DNA of 64,000 nt from Gammaproteobacteria bacterium (GTDB taxonomy: Bacteria > Pseudomonadota > Gammaproteobacteria > Steroidobacterales > Rariloculaceae), in assembly GCA_022820625.1 (NCBI GenBank), contig JAJEFE010000077.1, forward strand, positions 96,126-160,125, in the 5' to 3' direction. Below the pieces are notes generated by a model. It ran no database searches. It was not told the origin of the DNA and saw nothing but the letters and a program-made list of their open reading frames with translations. The position numbers and the translations under genes were made by a program. Each line of letters opens with the position of its first letter. Positions within the stretch are counted from its first letter, which is position 1. This document shows, in pieces, positions 17,572 to 26,031 of the stretch.

Positions 17572-18618
17572 ATGCTGCCAAACAAGACATTTCCACGCAG
17601 GGATCAGGGAGGAAGTACCTTGTCTGTTACCAGTACCAGGCTCGCACTCGGGTTGGCCACGCCGATCGGTCTGCTTTTGCTGACCTGCATTGCGAACGCG
17701 CACCATTCCACAACCGCGATCTTTGACCCACGCCAAACAGCGGAGGTCGAAGGCACCATTACGGATGTTTTCCTGAGAAATCCGCACATCGGCATGACCC
17801 TGCTCGTGGAAAGCGAAACAGGCGAGGAAGAGGAGTGGCAGATCGAAGGAGGCACGTACAACGAACTCGTGCGCATGAACTTCGATGAGTCGACGATTGC
17901 GGTCGGAACGAGGGTCCGGGTGATCGGAATGGCCTCTCGGCGAGGCGCGAACGAAATATACCTCAGACAGGTGCTGTCGCCGGACGGCGGGGTAGTCATG
18001 CGCGCCGGTGTGGACACGCTCTCCGGCAATACGGAGCGGGACCCCGCGGCTGAAGCGGCCGCGCAGGGCATCTTCCGGGTGTGGGTGAACGGCGGCCGGA
18101 TCCACAGGCTCCGAAATCCCCTGTCGCCGACCGCGGCTGCCGAGCAGGCCAGGGCGTCCTGGGATCCCCTGACGGACGACCCGAGCCTGCGTTGCCAGGC
18201 GCCGGGGATGCCTAACGCCAACCTGAACCCCTATCCCATCGAGTTCGTGGACGAGGGCGACCGGATCGTGCTGCGAATCGAGGAGTGGGATGCGGTACGC
18301 ACGATCCACCTGAACGGCGAGATTCCCGACGATGTGGAGTCGACGCCGCTTGGCTACTCCGTGGGCCGCTGGGAAGACAAGACCCTGGTCATCGAGACTA
18401 GCCACGTGGACTATCCGCTGCTGGACGATTCAGGTACGCCCATGAGCAGCGACGTTCGCATCGTCGAGCGATATACGCTGAACGAAGACGATACCCGGAT
18501 GGATTACGAAGTCATTGTTACGGATCCCCAGTACCTTGAAGAGCCGGCCGTCTGGGATGCCGTATGGGCTTGGGAGTCCGGCGTTCAGATCAGGCCCTTC
18601 GAGTGCACGGTGCGCTGA
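17572..18618 (+). CDS. Exported two-module protein: DUF6152-like HHS/NPH N-module fused to the GRWE/Cys-pair C-module
   Basis: Signal ...LLLLTCIANA then HHSTTAIFD, and FLRNPHIGM. C-module LRCQAPGMP ... GYSVGRWEDKTLVIETSHV ... PFECTV. Confidence 0.7.
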   Translation: MLPNKTFPRRDQGGSTLSVTSTRLALGLATPIGLLLLTCIANAHHSTTAIFDPRQTAEVEGTITDVFLRNPHIGMTLLVESETGEEEEWQIEGGTYNELVRMNFDESTIAVGTRVRVIGMASRRGANEIYLRQVLSPDGGVVMRAGVDTLSGNTERDPAAEAAAQGIFRVWVNGGRIHRLRNPLSPTAAAEQARASWDPLTDDPSLRCQAPGMPNANLNPYPIEFVDEGDRIVLRIEEWDAVRTIHLNGEIPDDVESTPLGYSVGRWEDKTLVIETSHVDYPLLDDSGTPMSSDVRIVERYTLNEDDTRMDYEVIVTDPQYLEEPAVWDAVWAWESGVQIRPFECTVR

Positions 18619-18681
18619 TCCGGGGAGTTTCGCCGCAAGGTCGGGCACGGCTTTTCGCGGCAGTAAAGTTGGAGAGAAACG

Positions 18682-19650
18682 ATGAGAACAACTGCGAAGA
18701 TGATTTTTCTTGCTGCCTTGTGTGGCCTGTCATGGCACACCGCCGTGGGCCAGGGCATGGGCGGAGCCGGTGCGGACACGATTGTCCAGCTCACCGACAA
18801 CGTGTACCGGCGCGGCCCGACGTCCAATACCTTCCTTGTCACCGACGAAGGTATCATCATGGTGGACGCCACCTGTTCCGGCAGCGGGATGGAGTGGCTC
18901 AAGGAGGAACTGGACCGGCGCTTCGGCGTTCCGGTGAGGTACGTCATCCTCAGCCACGATCACGAGATGCACATCTGCGGCCTGCAGGTCTTCGACGACA
19001 CCGCAGTCACCATCGGGCATAGCAACATCCGCGAGCACCTCATCCGGGAGAATCGCAACACGTCCATTCCCGACGTGGTGTTCGAGGACGAGATGGAGAT
19101 CTTTCTCGGCGGCCACCGCGCCGTGCTCTACTACTTCGGCAAGACCCACAGCGACAACCTGATCCAGGTGCACTTTCCCGAGGAGGGTGTGCTGGTGGCG
19201 ACCGACATGGTCCGCTCGGGCAAGGCGCTGGGCCTGCCGGATTTCCGCGACTCCGACGTGGACGGCGTCATCGATGCGCTGTACGAGCTGTCGAAGCTCG
19301 ATAACGTGGACATCGTCGTTCCCGGTCACGCGGGTCTCGCCGACCAGCAGTCGTTCGTCTATTTCCGCGAGTGGACCATGACGCTCAGGGAACGCGTCTA
19401 CGACGAAATGCTCGCCGGCGCGACCGTCGAGGAGATTGTCGAGCGCGTCACCATGGAGGACTTCTCCGACTACGAGAACTACGGGCCGTGGCTGCGCGCC
19501 AACGTGATTTCCATGTGGGACTACCTGTACCGGTACCGGGAGCCCAGCCCGGGTGCGCCCGGATCGCAGGGATACCAGCAAAACTGGCCGATCGGTTTTC
19601 CCATCGGAGCCGTGAACTTCGCCATACAGGACGAGGCCGAGGAGGAATAA
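18682..19650 (+). CDS. Exported MBL-fold hydrolase (variant metal motif)
   Basis: Signal peptide. TFLVTDEGIIMVDA, VILSHDHEMH (HxHxxH variant), GKTHSDN, VVPGHAG. Confidence 0.7.
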   Translation: MRTTAKMIFLAALCGLSWHTAVGQGMGGAGADTIVQLTDNVYRRGPTSNTFLVTDEGIIMVDATCSGSGMEWLKEELDRRFGVPVRYVILSHDHEMHICGLQVFDDTAVTIGHSNIREHLIRENRNTSIPDVVFEDEMEIFLGGHRAVLYYFGKTHSDNLIQVHFPEEGVLVATDMVRSGKALGLPDFRDSDVDGVIDALYELSKLDNVDIVVPGHAGLADQQSFVYFREWTMTLRERVYDEMLAGATVEEIVERVTMEDFSDYENYGPWLRANVISMWDYLYRYREPSPGAPGSQGYQQNWPIGFPIGAVNFAIQDEAEEE

Positions 19651-19759
19651 TGCCTGGAAACGGAGGCAGAACAGGCCGCTAACGCTGACCGAGCCGAAAA
19701 AACCATCGACAATCGGGGGGACCGAAGATGAAACGCGCGAAGCTCGGCGGGTAACTGTC

Positions 19760-21076
19760 ATGACGACGATTGATCCCCGTTCGCTGAGCTTGAGACAGCT
19801 CAAGGCCGTGCTACTGGTCGGCGAGACAGGCAGTGTCACCGGCGCGAGTTCTGCTTTCGCCCGGTCCCAGTCCGCCATCACGAAGGCAGTTTCTCATATT
19901 GAAAGAAAACTGGAGGTGTCGCTGTTTGACCGGACCGCGTCGGGCATGCTTCCGACTTCGCATGGCAGGGTATTGCTGCGGCGCCTGAAAAATGTGGCCC
20001 GGGAGTTCGAATTGGCGCGTGCAGAGTACCTGAACATGATCGCGGAAGCGGACCGGGACCTGAATCTGCCGTTTTTCCGCATGGAAATCAGTAATCAGCG
20101 TCTGGATGCATTGATTGCGCTTCATGAGTGTCGAGACGCCAAGCGGGCTGCCGACCGCTTGGGGGTGACTGCACAGTCAATCTATCGCTCGCTCCATGAA
20201 CTCCAGGAACAGCTTGGCGTTCGTCTGTTCGAACGCTCGACCATCGGAATCCTGGAAGCGACGCCCTTCTCCAAGACCCTGTTGACCCACGTGAAGCTGG
20301 CGTTCGCCGAGATTCGGCACGCCATCGCCGAACTTGACAGCATCGATGGTGTTCCGCGGGGCCGGGTCACGGTCGGTACCCTGCCGCCGACCAAGACCAT
20401 TCTCCCAATGACCATCAACCGCGTGCTGTCGAATTGTCCGCAGATTCAACTGAGTGTCCGGGATGGCGACTTCCAGGGGCTGGAAGCCGGCCTTCGCGCC
20501 GGCGACCTGGATATGGTGATCGGTACGCGCTCGGCATCGTCCGATTATCCCGACGTGCTTGTTCTGCCGATGATCGATTCACCGTTCTATGTCTTTGCGC
20601 GCGAGGGGCATCCGTTGGCGAATGTGGCGGCGGTCACGCCGGCACAGCTTTCGGAGTGCAAATGGATCATTCCCCCGACTCATACGCCCCAGAGCCGGTG
20701 GCTGGCACGGTTTCTGGCGGACAACGGGGGCGGCTTGTCCGCCGACCTCATCGAAACAAGCACGTTTGAAGTCATGGCGGCGGTGGTCGGCAACAGCGAC
20801 CGGCTCGGACTGGCGCCGCTTCTGGAACTTGAACGATCCGAACCGGGGACCGCGTTGGTCCTGTTGCAGGTTCCGGAGTTGATGGATCAGGAAGACGAGA
20901 GCATCCCGAGTACGCTGCACGTAATTCTTCGCGCCCACACGACGCTTTCGCCGGCCGCGAAGGTGTTCTATCGCTCGCTGTTGCGTGTCGCCCGCGAGGT
21001 CGAAACAAGAGCGACCCCCGGGAGATCGCTCGCGCGGCCCCATCAGGCTAGAATTTCGTCCATACGCCGACGGTAG
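19760..21076 (+). CDS. LysR-family transcriptional regulator with two tandem N-terminal HTH domains
   Basis: HTH copy 1: LRQLKAVLLVGETGSVTGASSAFARSQSAITKAVSHIERKLEVSLFDRT. HTH copy 2: NQRLDALIALHECRDAKRAADRLGVTAQSIYRSLHELQEQLGVRLFERS. A LysR substrate-binding domain follows (GRVTVGTLPP...). 438 aa, against about 300 aa for a typical LysR. Confidence 0.85.
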   Translation: MTTIDPRSLSLRQLKAVLLVGETGSVTGASSAFARSQSAITKAVSHIERKLEVSLFDRTASGMLPTSHGRVLLRRLKNVAREFELARAEYLNMIAEADRDLNLPFFRMEISNQRLDALIALHECRDAKRAADRLGVTAQSIYRSLHELQEQLGVRLFERSTIGILEATPFSKTLLTHVKLAFAEIRHAIAELDSIDGVPRGRVTVGTLPPTKTILPMTINRVLSNCPQIQLSVRDGDFQGLEAGLRAGDLDMVIGTRSASSDYPDVLVLPMIDSPFYVFAREGHPLANVAAVTPAQLSECKWIIPPTHTPQSRWLARFLADNGGGLSADLIETSTFEVMAAVVGNSDRLGLAPLLELERSEPGTALVLLQVPELMDQEDESIPSTLHVILRAHTTLSPAAKVFYRSLLRVAREVETRATPGRSLARPHQARISSIRRR

Positions 21077-21109
21077 ACGCATGGCCGGACAAGTTGCAGG
21101 GGAAACGAG

Positions 21110-21763
21110 ATGAATGCGCGACCGACAATGGGTGTTGTAGCGGCCGTCGCTTCGGGTCTCGCGCTCGGCGCACAGGCTCAGTCCGTACCCGAGATAGACG
21201 GAATATGGGAGCCCACACGCGGCGCGCCCGCGGGTCACCCGTCGGTGGCTGACATCAGCCTTACACCGGAAGGGCGGGCGGAGTTCGAACGGTTTTCGGA
21301 AGAGAACGATCCGACCCTGAAATGCATCATGCCGGGCGTTCCCCTCGGCATTCACGATCCGTACCCGCTGGAGATCATCCAGCAGAATCACCAGATCGCG
21401 CTGCTGTACGAGCACTTTCACATGGTGCGCAGGATCTTCATGGATGGCAGGCAGGCGCCCGAGGATTGGTGGCCGTCGCTGGTCGGTTTCTCCGTGGGCC
21501 GTTGGGAGGGCAACACGCTGGTGGTCCGGACGACCCATCTGGCACCGAATCTCACCTGGCACAATGGCATGCCTTTTTCCGGCGATGCGGAGGCCTATGT
21601 GGTCGAGCGCTATCGCTTTGACGGCGACGAATTGTTCCTCACTGCCGAAGTATTCGATCCGAGGTACTACCAAGAGCCGTACGTCATCCTCAGCTCCCGG
21701 ACGAGGTCTCCGGATGCGATGATCCTTGAGTACGAGTGTTTCTCCGAATACAGTGGATTCTGA
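21110..21763 (+). CDS. Exported stand-alone GRWE/Cys-pair module protein
   Basis: Own signal peptide MNARPTMGVVAAVASGLALGAQAQ. LKCIMPGVP ... GFSVGRWEGNTLVVRTTHL ... EYECFS. Confidence 0.7.
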   Translation: MNARPTMGVVAAVASGLALGAQAQSVPEIDGIWEPTRGAPAGHPSVADISLTPEGRAEFERFSEENDPTLKCIMPGVPLGIHDPYPLEIIQQNHQIALLYEHFHMVRRIFMDGRQAPEDWWPSLVGFSVGRWEGNTLVVRTTHLAPNLTWHNGMPFSGDAEAYVVERYRFDGDELFLTAEVFDPRYYQEPYVILSSRTRSPDAMILEYECFSEYSGF

Positions 21764-21785
21764 CGATGAAGAAGGGAGTAACGAG

Positions 21786-22214
21786 ATGAGGCGCCCTGGA
21801 ATCCTGGTTTGTGCGATTGCTTCAGGTTTGCTGGGATCTCTCCCGGCATTATCGCATCACAGCAGGACAGCGTACTTCGACATGGACACGACCATAGAGC
21901 TCAGGGACGTGACCGCCGTGAGCTTCAAGGTAGTGAACCCCCACTCGCAACTGGTGTTCGCGGCAGCGGACGAACAGGGCAACCGGGTGGAGTGGACGGC
22001 GGGCGCCATGAGTGCCAGCCACCTTCGCCGGGCCCGCGTTCCCGCTGACCTCATCCGCCCGGGCGACACGTTGACGGTTACCGGCTCCCCGAGCCTCGAC
22101 AAGTCGAACGTGATGTGGCTGCATACCGTAATCCTGCCCAACGGCGACGTTGCGGACCTGTTCGATGCCATTCGGACCGGGAACGATGTGATCACGCCTG
22201 CGGCCAGCCGCTGA
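21786..22214 (+). CDS. Exported stand-alone DUF6152-like HHS/NPH module protein
   Basis: AAGGGAG RBS. Signal MRRPGILVCAIASGLLGSLPALS then HHSRTAYFD, and KVVNPHSQL. Confidence 0.7.
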   Translation: MRRPGILVCAIASGLLGSLPALSHHSRTAYFDMDTTIELRDVTAVSFKVVNPHSQLVFAAADEQGNRVEWTAGAMSASHLRRARVPADLIRPGDTLTVTGSPSLDKSNVMWLHTVILPNGDVADLFDAIRTGNDVITPAASR

Positions 22215-22291
22215 CACTTGCGCGATATTCTGCCTACCGGCAAGATGAGGTCCCCTCAGCAGGCCGAAGCAGGCGCATTGGAGCGATCGCC

Positions 22292-23317
22292 ATGTCGAGA
22301 CGGCAATTTCTCAAGAGTTCGGCGGCCCTTGGGGCCAGTGCCGCGGCAGCGGGTTTGGTAGCGCCTGCCTCACGCGCGCAGCAGGCCGGTCCGGCAGGCG
22401 GACCGATCCGCATCATGATGGCCGGTTACGGTCCGTCCACGACCAGCTTCAGCCTGGCTCTGAAACGCATGGGCGACCGGCTGGAAGCCCGCTTCGGCGA
22501 TGACGTGGAAGTGCGCTACGTCTACAACATTCTGGATCTCGGTTACCGGGGTCTGGATATCCTCTGGCTGGTGGAGGAGGGCATTCTGACTCTTGGCTAC
22601 CAATCCAGCAGTTATCTTACCGACCGCGTTCCGGAACTGGGCCTTGTGGACCTGCCATTCCTGTTCAGGGACAACGTCAGCGCTCGTGCGGCGATGGACG
22701 GGGAACTGGGACGCGTCTTGACTGACGCCATTGAGGCGCAGACGGACTATCGCATTCTCGGTTACTTCGAGAACGGTCTGCGCCACATGTCCAATCGGGT
22801 GCGTCCGATCCGTTCCCCGGCAGATCTCGACGGTCTGCTCATGCGGGTCCTGCCCAGCCAGGTGCATGCCCGCACTTTCGAACTACTCGGCGCCGACCCG
22901 CAGATCATGGATCTTTCCGAAGCCATCGAGCGGATCGTTGGCGGCACCCTCGACGCCCAGGAGAATCCCTTCGCGAACACGGTGACCTACGGCGTCCACA
23001 ACTTCCATCAGTACCATACCGCCAGCAACCACTTCTACATCTCTCGCCCGATTTTCGTGCACCGTCCCACGTTCGATTCATGGCCTGAAGAGGTGCAGAC
23101 GGAACTGCGTGCCGCAGTGACCGATGCGGTGGCCTTTCAGCGAAGCCTGAAGGACGGCGAGGAGACCGACGCCGCGGCGGCGATCAGGGAAGCCGGCGGG
23201 GAGATCCTCGAACTTACCCCCGAAGAGGTTGACGCGTTCGTTGCGGCCATTCAGCCGATTTACGCCGAAGCCCGGACTCAGTACGATCGGGAATTGCTGG
23301 AGTTGGCGGGGCTCTGA
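22292..23317 (+). CDS. TRAP-type (DctP family) solute-binding protein with a Tat signal; no adjacent permease genes
   Basis: MSRRQFLKSSAALGASAAAAGL twin-arginine motif. DctP-like body (RHMSNRVRPIRSPADLDGLLMRV, ENPFANT). Confidence 0.8.
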   Translation: MSRRQFLKSSAALGASAAAAGLVAPASRAQQAGPAGGPIRIMMAGYGPSTTSFSLALKRMGDRLEARFGDDVEVRYVYNILDLGYRGLDILWLVEEGILTLGYQSSSYLTDRVPELGLVDLPFLFRDNVSARAAMDGELGRVLTDAIEAQTDYRILGYFENGLRHMSNRVRPIRSPADLDGLLMRVLPSQVHARTFELLGADPQIMDLSEAIERIVGGTLDAQENPFANTVTYGVHNFHQYHTASNHFYISRPIFVHRPTFDSWPEEVQTELRAAVTDAVAFQRSLKDGEETDAAAAIREAGGEILELTPEEVDAFVAAIQPIYAEARTQYDRELLELAGL

Positions 23318-23333
23318 GCTATCCGTTCACCAG

Positions 23334-24116
23334 CTAGAAACGGTCAATTCTCCGCCAGTTGCGCGTAGGCGAGCGGCGCTGGCGCCAACCGTGGTAAGGG
23401 TGGCGGCGCAATAACTCGCGGTCTCTGAACAGGAAAATGAGCACGGCCCCGGTGGCGAACCCGCCCACATGAGCCCAGAATGCCACGCCACCTCCCTGGG
23501 CGCCGAGAGTGGCGAACCCGCTCAGGACCTGTATGAGCAGCCAATACCCAAGCATCAAAACCGCGGGCACGGCAATCGTCGTGATGAAGAAACCGAAGAA
23601 GATCAACATATGGACGTGCACGCGGGGATACAGCAGGATATAGGCGCCCATCACACCACCAATGGCCCCTGATGCTCCTACCATGGGTACGGCGGAGTCG
23701 GGATTCGACACGATCTGCGCCGCTGCAGCCGCCAGTCCGCAAAGCACGTAAAACACCGCGAAGCGCCCGTGTCCCATGGAGTCCTCCACGTTGTTGCCGA
23801 AGATCCACAGGAACCACATGTTTCCGATGAGATGGAACCAGCCGCCGTGGAGGAACATCGACGTCAGCGTCGTGTGCCAGACCGAGGCATCGCCCAACAC
23901 GCAAACGCTGTTCGGCCCGACCTGAAACCGTGTGCCAACCGGTATCGTTTGCAGAAGCTCGCCGGGGATCAGGCCAAGTCGGCAGATGGAACCGGCCAGC
24001 GCGGGGTCTGAGCCCAGCCCCTGGACGAAGATCCACGCCAGCGCGTTGAGACCGATGATCGTATAGGTCGTATACGGCGTCAGGATCTGGGGATTGTCGT
24101 CGCGTATCGGGAACAA
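23334..24116 (-). CDS. Rhomboid-family intramembrane serine protease
   Basis: Polytopic. HGGWFHLIGNMWFLW, GASGAIGGVMGAY (catalytic Ser) and AHVGGFATG (catalytic His). Confidence 0.85.
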   Translation of the reverse strand: MFPIRDDNPQILTPYTTYTIIGLNALAWIFVQGLGSDPALAGSICRLGLIPGELLQTIPVGTRFQVGPNSVCVLGDASVWHTTLTSMFLHGGWFHLIGNMWFLWIFGNNVEDSMGHGRFAVFYVLCGLAAAAAQIVSNPDSAVPMVGASGAIGGVMGAYILLYPRVHVHMLIFFGFFITTIAVPAVLMLGYWLLIQVLSGFATLGAQGGGVAFWAHVGGFATGAVLIFLFRDRELLRRHPYHGWRQRRSPTRNWRRIDRF

Positions 24117-24191
24117 GTTTTTGAAGCTCGGTTACTGTATCGAGTGTGTTGGACTGCCGGTGAGCCCTGTCAAGCGAAGCACCTGGTCTCG

Positions 24192-25892
24192 CTATTCACC
24201 CGTGGCAACCCCGACGTCCTCGGCGTAGCGGTACCACGCGTCGATCAGTTCGCCAGTCAGATCAGGCTGCTGCGCCGCCAGATCGTGGCGCTCGAACGGG
24301 TCGCTTCCCAGATCGAACAGTTCCCAGCGGGTTTCCTCTTCGGGGGCGGGGAGCCACAGCAACTTCCAGGGCCAGCGAACCAGGGCACGCTGGCCGTGAA
24401 GCTCCCAGCCGATCGCCTCGTCAACCCCGTGTACAGGGCTATCGCCACCCTGCAGGTGGTTCAGGAATGACTTGCCGCGAATGGGCAGTACCGGTCGATG
24501 GTTGTATTCACCTGCCGGGGGCTCAACGCCCGTCAGTTGCAGCAGCGTCGGCATCACGTCCTGCATGGTGAGGTATTCCCGGGAGAACCCCCCCTTGTCC
24601 GTGACGGAGGCGTGCGCAGCGAATGCAGCCGCCAGTACACCGCCTTCGGCCATCGACCCCTTTACGTCCCGATAGGGCGCAGTAGCCGCTTCCGCCCAGC
24701 CCCTGCCATATTCGATGAACGAATCGCGATGGCCCATATTGGCGAGGCTGTTGTCGTAACCTTCGGCGAAGCTGGCAGGCGCGCTACCCGAGGCGCCGTT
24801 ATCCGACATGAACAGGATGAATGTGTTGTCGAATTCACCGATGGACCGCAGGTATTCGGCCAGGCGGCCCACGTGGTGATCCATGTTGGCGACCATGGCC
24901 GCGTAGATTTCCATGCGGCGCGCATGTTCGGTGCGGGCGGTTTCGCTTAGTTCTGCCCAGGGTATGGAACTCCGCCGGAAATCCGCCATGTCGGCGTTTG
25001 GTGAAATAATCCCCAACTCGCGGGCGCGCTCCACACGGCGATCTCGAACCACGTCGTAACCGTCGTCGTATTGGCCGGCGAACCGATCCAGCCAGTCCTC
25101 CGGAACCTGCAGCGGCCAGTGAGGCGCGGTCAGCGCCAGGTAGGCAAAGAACGGCCGGCCGTCGTCCCGGTTCTCATCGATGTACTCGATGATCTTGTCG
25201 GTGTACGCCTCTGTGGAGAAGTAATCCTCCGGCAAGGCGGTGACCACATCCCAGTTTTCCCGATAGACAAGCGGGTCCGCTCGGCTGATGCCGCCGTGGG
25301 CGCCGCCGTCGGCCGGTCTCAGGTGCAACGCGGTGCCGGTTGTCTGCACGAACGAGGACTCGAAGCCGCGTCCAGCGGGATTTGTCTCGTCGACGAGGGC
25401 CCGGCCAAGGTCCCACTTCCCCGCCATGTAGGTGTGATAGCCTGCATCGCGCAAGACTTCGGGCAAGGCTGCAACCCGGTGGCTCAGGTAGCCTTCATAG
25501 CCCGGAAGCCCGTAGCCGGTGGCGGTCTGGACAGGCTCGGTGCCGTTGTCGAAGAAACGCTTGATATTCATCGACCCGATTCCGGCCTCGTGATTGTCCA
25601 TGCCGGACAGGAGCATCGCTCGTGCCGGTGCGCACACGGGCGCCGCGTGAAAGTTTGTCAGGCGCACGCCACTGTAGGCCAATTCGTCCAGGTTCGGCGT
25701 TGGAATCTCGCTGCCGAACGAACCCAGGTCGGTATAGCCCATATCGTCGGTGACGATCACGAGAATGTTCGGGCGCTGGTCCACGGCAGGGGTCGCTTCC
25801 CGGGTCTGAGTGGCGGGACCGCCGATGTCGCAAGCCGCCACGCTGACAGCGACAACGACTGTCGAAGTTCTGATTCCGACTGAAAATTTCAT
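24192..25892 (-). CDS. Arylsulfatase-type sulfatase lipoprotein (Cys-type)
   Basis: Lipobox VAAC. PNILVIVTDDMGYTDLGSFG ... AAPVCAPARAMLLSG (CxPxR). GKWDLG, FMSDNG. Confidence 0.9.
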   Translation of the reverse strand: MKFSVGIRTSTVVVAVSVAACDIGGPATQTREATPAVDQRPNILVIVTDDMGYTDLGSFGSEIPTPNLDELAYSGVRLTNFHAAPVCAPARAMLLSGMDNHEAGIGSMNIKRFFDNGTEPVQTATGYGLPGYEGYLSHRVAALPEVLRDAGYHTYMAGKWDLGRALVDETNPAGRGFESSFVQTTGTALHLRPADGGAHGGISRADPLVYRENWDVVTALPEDYFSTEAYTDKIIEYIDENRDDGRPFFAYLALTAPHWPLQVPEDWLDRFAGQYDDGYDVVRDRRVERARELGIISPNADMADFRRSSIPWAELSETARTEHARRMEIYAAMVANMDHHVGRLAEYLRSIGEFDNTFILFMSDNGASGSAPASFAEGYDNSLANMGHRDSFIEYGRGWAEAATAPYRDVKGSMAEGGVLAAAFAAHASVTDKGGFSREYLTMQDVMPTLLQLTGVEPPAGEYNHRPVLPIRGKSFLNHLQGGDSPVHGVDEAIGWELHGQRALVRWPWKLLWLPAPEEETRWELFDLGSDPFERHDLAAQQPDLTGELIDAWYRYAEDVGVATGE

Positions 25893-26031
25893 GGCTCGAC
25901 GAGTCTCCCCGGCCGACTGGAAGGACCAAGTCCGGCTACGCTAACACCGATTGAGTTCTCGTGCACAAACGTTCTTGCCTCCTTGTTCAACGCGATGCGC
26001 TGGTACAGACGGCGCCGCGGGTAGCGCTCGT

